Source of the DNA: Sedimentisphaerales bacterium
GTDB lineage: Bacteria > Planctomycetota > Phycisphaerae > Sedimentisphaerales > SM23-30
Direction of reading: 5' to 3'
DNA length: 64,000 nucleotides
Assembly (NCBI GenBank): GCA_963663965.2
Contig: CAXXFK010000029.1
Span: 128,001 to 192,000, forward strand
A program made the position numbers and the translations under genes. Under the pieces are notes generated by a model. That model worked only from the letters and a program-made list of their open reading frames with translations, made no database searches and had not been told where the DNA came from. Shown piece after piece: positions 20,823 to 30,742 of this stretch. Each line of letters begins with the position of its first letter. The first letter of the stretch is position 1.

Positions 20823-23309
20823 ATGAGACATTCTTTTAAATTTGTTTATCAAGTGGCTACTATCGTCATTCTCGTGACTATGACGCTTATGCTGGCTTCG
20901 TCTTATTTTATGTCGATTCGGGTGACCGGCATTATTCAGGACAAAATTGTTCATAGCAATCGAGCTTTAATTATTACGACGGATATCCTGAATGAATTTT
21001 CAGAATTCAGTATTTATTTTCATGACCTGTCATTTCATCAAACTAAAGAAGCAGACGATGGTTTAGAGCATTTAAACAGGATTCGTCAGATGATGGAGAA
21101 TCCGTCGTTTGTCTATATGACAGATGCCAATTTTCGTAAGACTCTGGCATCAAAAGAACGTCAATGCCGGACGGCATTATATTCCTATAAATCGGTTTAT
21201 TTTGACGATCCAACGCGCGATAATGCCGAAGTGACCATGGCAACTATAACCCGATTAGTTGATGAAGCTAAATCGGTTGGCGTTGCGTATTGCAATCAGC
21301 TCAAGGGAGACATTGAGGTTGTCACGAAAAATGTACTCCATCGGCTGGCCATGGCGCGTTTTGCCAAGACCATCTCGTTAGTTGCCGGTTCCGTCTTATT
21401 GATCTTAACGATGTTTTTCGTTATCAATAGTTTGCGGGTGCGCTTACAATTAATCAATCATGCGACGGAAGAAATCAGCCGGGGGAATCTGGCGTATCGG
21501 ATCGGTATGAAGTTTAACGATATGATTGGCATGCTGGCCCGGCAGGTTGATATGATGGCCGGCCAGATCGAATGCCGTGAAGCCGAACTGGCGCAGCATC
21601 GCAGTCATCTGGAAGCGATGGTGGAAGCGCGCACGGAAGAACTGGAAAAGGCAAAAAATACCGCGGAGGCGGCCAATCAGGCCAAGAGTAATTTTCTGGC
21701 GACAATGAGCCATGAGATCCGAACCCCTATGAACGGTGTCATTGGCATGCTGGATTTGATGCGGACAGGACCATTGGAAGATAAACAGGCGCATTATTGC
21801 GAAATGGCACAGAAATCAGCAGACGCGTTGCTCGCGCTAATCAATAATATCCTGGATTTTTCAAAGATTGAAGCCGGGCATATGAGTATAGAGAATGAGG
21901 AATTTCATCTGGAGAAGATTCTTGCGGATGTTATCCATATTTTTTCGGCACAAGTGAACGAAAAAGGATTGGAATTAATCTGCCTGATGGATCCGGATAT
22001 TCCCGAACCTTTGTATGGGGATGCAGAACGAATCCGGCAGGTATTAATCAACCTGGTGGGGAACGCGGTTAAATTTACCCAAAGCGGAGAAATTCTGATC
22101 AACGCGATGAGAGGACAGGTTCAGGATAACAAGATTACCGTTAAATTTGAGATAACCGATACCGGGATTGGTATTGAGCCGGAGGCGATTTCCACATTAT
22201 TCGATCCGTTTACCCAGGAAGACACGAGCACAACGCGTTTATATGGCGGCACTGGATTGGGACTGGCCATTTGTAAGCAGTTGGTACAGATTATGGGGGG
22301 GGATATCGGAGTGGAGTCGGTCAAGGGAGAGGGCGCCACATTCTGGTTTACGCTGGAGCTGACAGCGAACCTGCTGCGGATCGTGCCGCGGCTGGAACCG
22401 GTGAATCCGATTGACAGTAAACGAATTCTAATCGGGGATGATAATCCAACTCAATTAAAGGCGTTGATGACATTATTAGACAAATGGGGTTATGAAGCGG
22501 AGAGTGTTGAGAACTGTCAGGAAGTGCGTGACTGTCTTGAAAAAGGGCAAACATCCGGTTGTCCGTATGATGTCATTGTTCTGGATAACAGTCTGGCGGA
22601 TGGCGACGGGGTCGCGCTGGCCAGGGAGTTGATTCAAAGCGGGCTGAGCGGGACCAGTCGAATTATACTATTGACCGTGATCAATAATGAGCATAGCAGT
22701 GATTTACTGGCAAGTACGAAAATTGACAAAATACTGGCCAAGCCGATAACCCCTTCGAGTTTGTATAATAGTCTGCTTGAGTTGGCGCCACCAGACAGAT
22801 CGAATCTCTCTGAGCCGGTGAATGTCAATAAATCTGATAAACGTGAAACAGCGCTGCTTGACGAGAGGGGTACCCCTTATATATTGATTGCCGAAGACAA
22901 TGAAATCAATCAGGAAGTCGCATCGCATATCCTGGCGATGGCTGGGATGGGGTATGTTATCGTCGAAAATGGCCATAACGCCCTGGAAGAGGCCCAGACT
23001 GGCAATTATGATTTGATTCTGATGGATTGCGCCATGCCGATCATGAATGGATTTGAAGCGACCCGGTTGATCCGGCGCCGAGAGAAGGCGGGTGTTGTTT
23101 GCAGCCGAAATGGGAAACGGATTCCGATTATCGCCTTGACAGCCAACGCGATCAAAGGGGACCGGGAGATGTGTCTGGAAGCGGGGATGGATGATTATAT
23201 CTCCAAGCCTTTTGATCCTATGAATTTGATCGATATGATAAAGCGGCATATAGAAGATAAAGAAACTGGGCGCCGGATTGGGTCGTCCAGTATCGCAGGT
23301 CAGATTTAA
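20823..23309 (+). CDS. Hybrid sensor histidine kinase (2 TM, HAMP, HisKA, HATPase, two receiver domains)
   Basis: H-box [38 protein letters not shown]. Receiver motifs VIVLD and LILMDCAMP. Confidence 0.93.
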   Translation: MRHSFKFVYQVATIVILVTMTLMLASSYFMSIRVTGIIQDKIVHSNRALIITTDILNEFSEFSIYFHDLSFHQTKEADDGLEHLNRIRQMMENPSFVYMTDANFRKTLASKERQCRTALYSYKSVYFDDPTRDNAEVTMATITRLVDEAKSVGVAYCNQLKGDIEVVTKNVLHRLAMARFAKTISLVAGSVLLILTMFFVINSLRVRLQLINHATEEISRGNLAYRIGMKFNDMIGMLARQVDMMAGQIECREAELAQHRSHLEAMVEARTEELEKAKNTAEAANQAKSNFLATMSHEIRTPMNGVIGMLDLMRTGPLEDKQAHYCEMAQKSADALLALINNILDFSKIEAGHMSIENEEFHLEKILADVIHIFSAQVNEKGLELICLMDPDIPEPLYGDAERIRQVLINLVGNAVKFTQSGEILINAMRGQVQDNKITVKFEITDTGIGIEPEAISTLFDPFTQEDTSTTRLYGGTGLGLAICKQLVQIMGGDIGVESVKGEGATFWFTLELTANLLRIVPRLEPVNPIDSKRILIGDDNPTQLKALMTLLDKWGYEAESVENCQEVRDCLEKGQTSGCPYDVIVLDNSLADGDGVALARELIQSGLSGTSRIILLTVINNEHSSDLLASTKIDKILAKPITPSSLYNSLLELAPPDRSNLSEPVNVNKSDKRETALLDERGTPYILIAEDNEINQEVASHILAMAGMGYVIVENGHNALEEAQTGNYDLILMDCAMPIMNGFEATRLIRRREKAGVVCSRNGKRIPIIALTANAIKGDREMCLEAGMDDYISKPFDPMNLIDMIKRHIEDKETGRRIGSSSIAGQI

Positions 23310-23447
23310 TCTGGTCAGCTAAATATTCTAATGTGGGTCAGTTTGGTCGTTTATGTTTACACGATGGTAGTACCATATGGTGATACCCAATTCAGTGTAC
23401 AATAATGGTAGGCCATTTTGGAAAAGATATTGTTAAGATGGGTATGA

Positions 23448-24381
23448 TTGGGTTCGTTTCACTTTGGGAGGGGCACATGGGGGGCTGGCCGCGAAGAAAA
23501 ACAGCCGGGAGGGTTGATGAATACTTAACGCGAATTGATGCTGATTGATATAATACCAGGTTAAGTGTTTGGAAAATATATTTTGTATGTCAATGCCAGG
23601 TAATTAGTTATAATAATTTTGACTTGGGTTGGGTTTGTTTCGCGTTGGAGAGACGTTTTATTGGGCGGGGGCAAAGTGAGTATATTTAAATCCTTATAAT
23701 ATAAGAGGTTAGAACAACGGAATACACGGAATACACGGAAGGAAGAAGGTGTAAGTGTTTGTAATAAAAGAAGTTAAAGCATAGAAAGGGATGGAATGCA
23801 TGAAAAAATCAGGAAGGTTTCTGGGTCTGGTTTACGGAGGGGGTATTTGGTTGTTAAAGAGCGATTTAATAAAAGCACGCTAAAGCGGTGTACTCCATAC
23901 GGTGGGGGGAAAAAGGCGAAAAGACGAAAAAGACAAAAGAGACGAAAAGGTGAAATTACGGGTGGGATGGTCATGGTACGTTGGGGGGGACAGGGAATGA
24001 GAAGAAAAACACGGGCAGGATGCTCGTGCCACTTGTTTTTTTGTTGGATAATGGGGGGTGGGTTGGTAAAATATATTTTATGCCCGGTTGAGTTTGATGG
24101 CCGGGATTTTAGCTTTGGGATATCTGTTTTTTGTATTTTTTTAACGTGTATAATGGAGAGAACTGCCGGGGGGGCAATGGAGTTTGGTAGAAGATATCAC
24201 ACAAAAGCACCAAGGCACGAAGAAAACAGCTTTTTAGACAGGATCACAGGATTTACAGGATAAAGCAAGGAAAGATTAATGCTGAGTTGATCTGTCAGAA
24301 TCTGGATTAGTATCAGGGGATAGATACAAAATGATAGAATATAAGAATTTATACCATGAAGAACATGAAGAGACATGAAGG
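23448..24381 (+). repeat. Intergenic patchwork of several unrelated short tandem micro-repeats and palindromes
   Basis: (ACGGAATAC)x2.7 at 23717-23740, AAAAGACG-like x4-5 at 23911-23950, CACNAAG x3 at 24200-24222, ACAGGAT x3 at 24238-24262, CATGAAG x3 at 24355-24381, TTGGGTTYGTTTC at 23448 and 23629. Confidence 0.75.
24010..24032 (-). repeat. REP-like hairpin
   Basis: Minus strand GTGG-CACGAGC-ATCCT-GCCCGTG: a GTRG tetranucleotide abutting an imperfect GC-rich palindrome, which is REP architecture. Confidence 0.55.
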
Positions 24382-24478
24382 TTAACGGCCTGGACGGCTG
24401 GTTTTTGTTGCCAAGGTTTTCGAAGAAGTTTTAAGCGTTTCGATTATCTAAGATAGAAAAGGAAAACATTACAGGAGT

Positions 24479-27400
24479 TTGAAGATGGTTTTTAAAAGAG
24501 TAGGTGTCCGGCTGGGATTGGTTGGGATTGTGGTTGCGTTACTGGCCGGGATGTCTTTGGGGCAGTATTCGGGGGGAGCGGGGACGGAGGGGGATCCTTA
24601 TCAGATTGCGACGGCGGGGGATTTGATTGCGCTGGGGGGGAATACGGGGGATTATGATAAGTGTTTTGTTTTGACGGCGGATATTGATCTGGCGGGGTAT
24701 GAGTTTGATCATGCAGTAATTGCGTGGGATGAAGATACAAGAACATTTGGTTTTCAAGGAAATTCATTTAGTGGAGTTTTTAATGGCAATGGTCATACCA
24801 TAAATAATTTTTCTATAAATCAGTCAAGTAAGGATTTTATTGGAATTTTCGGCACTATATCAAATGGGAAGATTGAGAATGTGGGAGTTAAGAATAGCAC
24901 ACTAGCAGGTCGATATTATGTTGGCGGATTATGTGGTTATAGTGAGGCTTCTATTGAACTTTGTAAGGTTCAGAGTACGGATATAACAGGTTATTCTGGT
25001 ACTGGTGGTTTAGTTGGGAATAATAACGGTACTATTAATTGGTGTCAATTCGATGGAACTGTTTCAGGAAATTGGACTGTTGGAGGTTTAGCTGGTTATA
25101 CCGGCGGGACAATTTTTCGGAGCTTTGCTACAGGAACAATCATAGGCAGTAGTGAAAATATCGGGGGATTATGTGGAGGGAATAGCGGATCGATAAACCA
25201 GTGTTTTTTTATTGGTCATGTCAGTGGAAAAGAGGATGTAGGTGGATTTTGTGGAGGAAATGGAGGTTTAGTAAACCAATGCTATGCAAAAGGAGAAGTG
25301 AACGGAAGTGACAATTATACTGGTGGGTTATGCGGCACTAACCGGGGAATTATTACTCAGTGCTATTCAACTGCTAAGACGAAGCAAGGGGATGTCATTG
25401 GGGGGTTATGTGGTACCGATGAAGGAATCGGGGCGATATATGATAGTTACTGGGATATGGAAACCAGTGAAATGACATGCAGCGCCGGTGGGTGGGGACT
25501 TACACAGGAGCAAGTGACTCGATCAAACAGTTATACAGGATGGACAGATGGCAACTGGATTATTGATGAAGGCGTTAGCCCGCCCAGATTATTATGGGAA
25601 GAAACGGGTGGAAACGCAATCAATGCTCCGTATCCAGAACGGACTTATGAAGGGAGTGGCACTTCTGAAGATCCCTATATCATAAACACCGCTGATGATT
25701 TAATGAATTTAAGGCAGCACTCAATGGATTGGGATAAGTATTTTGAATTGAATCAGGATATCGATATGGATCACATTATACTTAATTCCTCATTAATTGC
25801 TTTCGGAAGTGGTTTTAACGGTGTATTTGATGGTAAGGGGCATGTTATCAGGAATATGGAGATTCAAGCCATCCATCAAAGTTATAACGGCCTATTTTAT
25901 CGGATTGATTCAGAAGCAGAAGTCAAGAATATGGGAATAGAGAATATAAAAGTTGTCGGCGACTTCTATGTTGGCAGTTTTTGCGGTCGAGTAAGGGGCA
26001 GCATCTCACGATGTTACGCTAAAAATGTTTATGTGCAAGGCACAACTTACATTGGGGGTTTTGTTGGAAATTGTCTCGGCGGCGTTATTGATCAATGTTA
26101 TAGCTTCAGTACCATCGCCCATAATGATACCTGGGGTAGTTCGGGTGTTTTTGGTGGTCATATTTACTCAGGTAGTGTTCTGAGTCAATGTTATGCATCT
26201 GGAGTGATGGATAGATTTTCAGCGGGAGAATTTTATGCCTATACTTATGGAGCTACCATCAGACAATGTTTCTGGGAAATATATTCAACCGGACAACCAA
26301 TGGTTACGGGCAGTACAAGCACACCCAGTCCGTCACATGGCCAAATGTTTACTGTTGAGCCATATCAGGCTGCGGGTTGGGATTTTAGTGATGAGGATGG
26401 TGACATAGCGGACTGGTCGATGTATCCCAATAGTTATCCGGCGCTGAGCTGGGAATCCGCCGATCTGGTTTTTATCCCTGATGTAAATGGAATGGATCTG
26501 GCTTCAGCCCAAGCTGCCATAGCGAATGCCGGATTATCAGTTTATATTATTGCAGAATATAGTAAAACGGTTTCTGAAGGAGAACTGATTCGCCAAGAGA
26601 CTCTATCCGGACAAATGGCTAATAGAGGACAGCCTGTTATTCTGGTAATATCGCGTGGGATTAAATATTCCGGTGGTAATGGTACTCCGGATGATCCATT
26701 TGAGATTGGTAATGCCGATGATCTGGTTGAGCTAAGCCTAGCCGGTGATCTCGACAAGCATTATGTTTTAGTTGCTGATATTGATCTGGCAGGGGCGGGA
26801 ACAGGAGAAGGTGGCGTGTTTACCCAGGCTTTGCTTGGAACTTCAACTTCATCGCCCTTTAACGGCGTATTGGATGGCGATGGGCATATTATATATAATC
26901 TTATGATATCAAAAACTGATAGTGATTATATGGGCTTGTGTGGAGTTCTTGGACCGGAAAGTCAAATCAGAAACCTGGGGTTGGAAAAGGTCGACATACA
27001 AGGCAGAGGATATGTTGGTGGTGTATGCGGTAGATGCTATGGAGAGATTTCGAACTGTTATGTAAGAGGCAAGGTAAACGGTTACGATAATTATGGCTAT
27101 GTTGGCGGTTTATGTGGCAGTCTTACTAACGGTACTATCAGTCGCAGTTATGCTGATGTTGATGTTAGAAATGATTCTGGGTGTGGAGGTTTTTGTGGAA
27201 GTAATTCTAATGGTATTATTAGTGAATGTTATTCTAAAGGTTATGTAAATAATGCTTATGCGGGTGGATTTTGTTATTATAATTATGGAACAATAAATAA
27301 TTGTTTCTGGGATATTGAAACTTCTGGACGGTCTTCCAGTAGCGGAGGAACTGGCTTGGCTACGTCGGCTATGTTGAATCTACAGACCTATCTGGATGCC

Positions 27401-30400
27401 GGTTGGGATTTCAGTGAGGATGATGGCGATGGGGCCAATTGGGTTTTGTATGAAGGGTATTATCCTACTCTGGCCTGGCAAACTGAAATCATGATGCCAA
27501 ATATCATTGGATATGAAAGGAATGAGGCGTATCTGATATTGTCTGATCTTGGATTGCAGGTTGTATCAGATGAAGAATTTTCATCTGAGGTTGCAATGGG
27601 GCACGTTATCAGGCAATATCCGGTAAGTGGGCAAACGCTTGCAGTTGGATTGACGGCCCGATTGGTAGTTTCGCGAGGATTGCCCTGCCTGGGGAACGGA
27701 ACTGAATTGGATCCATATCAAATTAATACGGCTGGTCAGTGGCGCTGGTTATCCGAGACACCGGAGGTTTGGGATAAGCATTTTATCCTGATGGCTGATC
27801 TGGATTTTGAAGGCATTGAAATTAAGCCTATTGGGGCTTTTAGTGATAGTAATAATGTTACTAATGATATACCTTTTACCGGCTTTTTTGAGGGTAATGG
27901 TCATAGTATTAAAAATTTAAAAATGACATTTCCTGCATCAAGCTTTCCGCAAAGAAGTATGGGATTGTTTGCCTTTGTGGATGGCGCGGTTATTCAGAAC
28001 CTCGGATTAGTGGATTTTGTAATAACAGTTGACGAAAATATTAATTACAATGTCAGCGTTGGCGGTATCGCAGGAAAAGTCAGTTCGGAATCTCCGTATA
28101 CCAATGGTTGTCATATCAATAATTGTTATGTGACTGGTATTATCAGGCACTATAGCCCGTATGGACAATTTGGAGGTATTGTTGGCTACAATTACTGTGG
28201 AAGAATCAGTCAATGTTATGCTGATTGTAAAATCGAGGATATAGACAATGCTCCCGCTTATACCGGCGCATTGATGGGGCTATCGATCGGAAAAGGGAAT
28301 GGAATCAGTCAATCGTTCTGGAATGTGGAAAAGGATGCCAGAGGAGTGGGAAGAATGCTGTCACCCAGTGTATATGATATCCTGGGTTTGCCGTTAGAGG
28401 CAATGCAGACGAGTGGATTTTATCTTGAGAGCGGTTGGGATTTTATTGGTGAAACTCAGAATGGCATGGATGATATCTGGCATATGCCCTGGGGACAGGC
28501 TGGACTACCTATGTTGTGGAATCAGAAGGATATTCCCGGTGATGTAGCGGGAGGATATGGGGTTGATCTGGCCGATTTCGATCGGTTGTCGATAGACTGG
28601 CTGAATGATGACGGTAATTATCAATTTGATGGAGTATCTGGGCCTGATGGTTGTGTGGATGCTGCCGAACTGGGGATGATTGCGGATAATTGGCTGGCCC
28701 AGCCGGAACTGGGTGAAAAGGTGTCGCTGGTAACGCACTGGCCGTTTGATGTGGATGGCATGGATATTGAACAGGGGATAGAGGCCGAGATGAAAAATGG
28801 CGCCATGCTGGTTCAGGAACCGGGCGATTTCCGGATTGGGATGGGAGCGGTTAAATTCGATGGTGTTGATGACCTGCTGGAATGTGAAAGTGAGCATACG
28901 CTACCTGACCGAAGGCTCTTTTCGTTAGCCATGTGGATCAAAGTGGATCAGATTCTGTTCAATCGAACCATGCATATCATCGGACAGCGTGATGGCACTG
29001 ATCATTTGTGGAGTTTGCAACTCTGGGGTGCGAATGAAGCTCATCTGACCGGATATGTTAGTGGAGCCAGCAGTTATGCATTAACCGAGACCAGCTTTAC
29101 GCCGATACGAGATTGCTGGTATCATGTCGCTATGACCTATAATGACTATGATGACCGTAAGGTGCATCTGTATATCAATGGCGAGGAAGTTACCACCGTT
29201 CAGCAGGTCGCCATGGAAGACGAATTGTATCCCAATACGACTATTCCAGTATCCGTTGGGGATCGTATTGGAGGGGGCCGGGCGTTTAGTGGCAACGTTG
29301 ATGATCTGCGGCTTTATCACCGGATATTAACGATAGATGAAATCTATGAAATCGCAGAATTAGATCAACCTTTCTCATACTGGCCGTTTGACACAAATAG
29401 TGATGATCTGAGGAATATGAACAATGCCGTGCTGGAAAACGGGGCTTGTATATCACAGATTCCGGGTGACTATCGGGCAGGCCAGGGTGCAATGAGGATG
29501 GACGGCGAGGATGATATTGCCATATGCCGTGGTAACGTCATTCCCAATGATGCCTCTGCAATCAGTGTGGCGCTCTGGTTTAAGGCGGATGAGGTGCCCG
29601 CTTATAAAACAGTTCATCTTATCGGTCAAAGGACCCTATCAGAGCATATCTGGAGTTTGCAGATATGGGGTACGAATGGCAGGCATTTAACAGGATTTAT
29701 TGAGGGAAATGGCGGGAATGCGATTACTGAGACCTCATTTGTACCTGAGGCAGGGCGATGGTACCATGTCGCGATGACTTATGATGACGCTGGAGACAAG
29801 ATTATACATATTCATGTTGATGGCATAGAAGTTGGTATTGTAGAACAGACTTCCTTAAGTGGAGCACCGATGATTCGAAATTCTGACGTAAAATTATCAA
29901 TCGGTGATCGTATCGGAGGTTCGCGCGCGTTCAAAGGTAGCATTGATGAGGTACAAATCTATCCACGAGAACTGACAAAAGATGAAATATTAACCATGGC
30001 AGACCGGGAAAAAATGGTTGCCTACTGGCCGCTTGATTATTCGGGCAATGATATCGTTGGCGGACATTTTGCCAGTTTATTAAATGGCGCGAACTATACC
30101 CAGGAAGCCGGCATGTATCGTTTTGGAACTGGCGCGATGAAGTTGGATGGAGTGGATGATGTGGCCAGATGTGACCTGACAGCGGTTTCGGGCTACGATG
30201 CTTTCAGTGTTGCGATGTGGATTCGGGCAGATGCTATATCCAGCACGCAAACGATGCAATTAATTGGCCAGCGTAATACCAATGAACATCAATGGAGTTT
30301 TCAGTTGTGGGGTACAAATAACGGGCATCTGACTGGTTTCGTCGGTGGTAATGTGACTGATGCCCTGACTGAAACGATGTTTGCTCCGGAGGTGGGTCGC

Positions 30401-30658
30401 TGGTATCATGTGGTGATGATGTATGATGATCAGGGTGATCGAAAAGTTCATATTTATGTTGATGGCATAGAAGTTGACGTAATGCAACAGACAGCTATGT
30501 CAGGGGGGCGATTGACCGGGACAGTAAACATTCCAGTGACTTTGGGAGACAAGTCCGGTGGCGGCCGGGCGTTTGGTGGGAAAATAGACGAGGTGATGAT
30601 TTACCGGCGGGTATTGACAGATGAGGAAATAATGGAGTTGGCTTTGGGGGAATATTGA
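24479..30658 (+). CDS. Giant secreted/surface protein: 4 GLUG-type beta-helix modules, 2 PASTA domains, dockerin-like Ca-binding motif, 3 LamG domains
   Basis: Signal peptide, four GxGTxxDP(Y/F)xI module starts, many VGGLCG repeats, IPDVNG.../MPNIIG... PASTA-like units, GDVAGGYGVDLAD...DGCVDAAEL...NWL, and three WYHVAM/VVM...G.IDEV.IY LamG units. Confidence 0.85.
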   Translation: MKMVFKRVGVRLGLVGIVVALLAGMSLGQYSGGAGTEGDPYQIATAGDLIALGGNTGDYDKCFVLTADIDLAGYEFDHAVIAWDEDTRTFGFQGNSFSGVFNGNGHTINNFSINQSSKDFIGIFGTISNGKIENVGVKNSTLAGRYYVGGLCGYSEASIELCKVQSTDITGYSGTGGLVGNNNGTINWCQFDGTVSGNWTVGGLAGYTGGTIFRSFATGTIIGSSENIGGLCGGNSGSINQCFFIGHVSGKEDVGGFCGGNGGLVNQCYAKGEVNGSDNYTGGLCGTNRGIITQCYSTAKTKQGDVIGGLCGTDEGIGAIYDSYWDMETSEMTCSAGGWGLTQEQVTRSNSYTGWTDGNWIIDEGVSPPRLLWEETGGNAINAPYPERTYEGSGTSEDPYIINTADDLMNLRQHSMDWDKYFELNQDIDMDHIILNSSLIAFGSGFNGVFDGKGHVIRNMEIQAIHQSYNGLFYRIDSEAEVKNMGIENIKVVGDFYVGSFCGRVRGSISRCYAKNVYVQGTTYIGGFVGNCLGGVIDQCYSFSTIAHNDTWGSSGVFGGHIYSGSVLSQCYASGVMDRFSAGEFYAYTYGATIRQCFWEIYSTGQPMVTGSTSTPSPSHGQMFTVEPYQAAGWDFSDEDGDIADWSMYPNSYPALSWESADLVFIPDVNGMDLASAQAAIANAGLSVYIIAEYSKTVSEGELIRQETLSGQMANRGQPVILVISRGIKYSGGNGTPDDPFEIGNADDLVELSLAGDLDKHYVLVADIDLAGAGTGEGGVFTQALLGTSTSSPFNGVLDGDGHIIYNLMISKTDSDYMGLCGVLGPESQIRNLGLEKVDIQGRGYVGGVCGRCYGEISNCYVRGKVNGYDNYGYVGGLCGSLTNGTISRSYADVDVRNDSGCGGFCGSNSNGIISECYSKGYVNNAYAGGFCYYNYGTINNCFWDIETSGRSSSSGGTGLATSAMLNLQTYLDAGWDFSEDDGDGANWVLYEGYYPTLAWQTEIMMPNIIGYERNEAYLILSDLGLQVVSDEEFSSEVAMGHVIRQYPVSGQTLAVGLTARLVVSRGLPCLGNGTELDPYQINTAGQWRWLSETPEVWDKHFILMADLDFEGIEIKPIGAFSDSNNVTNDIPFTGFFEGNGHSIKNLKMTFPASSFPQRSMGLFAFVDGAVIQNLGLVDFVITVDENINYNVSVGGIAGKVSSESPYTNGCHINNCYVTGIIRHYSPYGQFGGIVGYNYCGRISQCYADCKIEDIDNAPAYTGALMGLSIGKGNGISQSFWNVEKDARGVGRMLSPSVYDILGLPLEAMQTSGFYLESGWDFIGETQNGMDDIWHMPWGQAGLPMLWNQKDIPGDVAGGYGVDLADFDRLSIDWLNDDGNYQFDGVSGPDGCVDAAELGMIADNWLAQPELGEKVSLVTHWPFDVDGMDIEQGIEAEMKNGAMLVQEPGDFRIGMGAVKFDGVDDLLECESEHTLPDRRLFSLAMWIKVDQILFNRTMHIIGQRDGTDHLWSLQLWGANEAHLTGYVSGASSYALTETSFTPIRDCWYHVAMTYNDYDDRKVHLYINGEEVTTVQQVAMEDELYPNTTIPVSVGDRIGGGRAFSGNVDDLRLYHRILTIDEIYEIAELDQPFSYWPFDTNSDDLRNMNNAVLENGACISQIPGDYRAGQGAMRMDGEDDIAICRGNVIPNDASAISVALWFKADEVPAYKTVHLIGQRTLSEHIWSLQIWGTNGRHLTGFIEGNGGNAITETSFVPEAGRWYHVAMTYDDAGDKIIHIHVDGIEVGIVEQTSLSGAPMIRNSDVKLSIGDRIGGSRAFKGSIDEVQIYPRELTKDEILTMADREKMVAYWPLDYSGNDIVGGHFASLLNGANYTQEAGMYRFGTGAMKLDGVDDVARCDLTAVSGYDAFSVAMWIRADAISSTQTMQLIGQRNTNEHQWSFQLWGTNNGHLTGFVGGNVTDALTETMFAPEVGRWYHVVMMYDDQGDRKVHIYVDGIEVDVMQQTAMSGGRLTGTVNIPVTLGDKSGGGRAFGGKIDEVMIYRRVLTDEEIMELALGEY

Positions 30659-30742
30659 ATTATTGTGGAACAGGATTGCTAAAACCGGGTGGGTGTGTTA
30701 TGATCCTGTATTGATTGAAAGCAAGCTATTGGAGACAAGGCA

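Noticed and set aside
23796..24263. 155-aa ORF in the repeat patchwork
   Set aside because: It is built from micro-repeats and G/T runs (KRRKRQKRRK, HTKAPRHEE, DRITGFTG) with no family motif, so it is probably a chance open frame.
23700..24400. Possible CRISPR array
   Set aside because: No constant 23-47 bp repeat with regular spacers and no cas genes.
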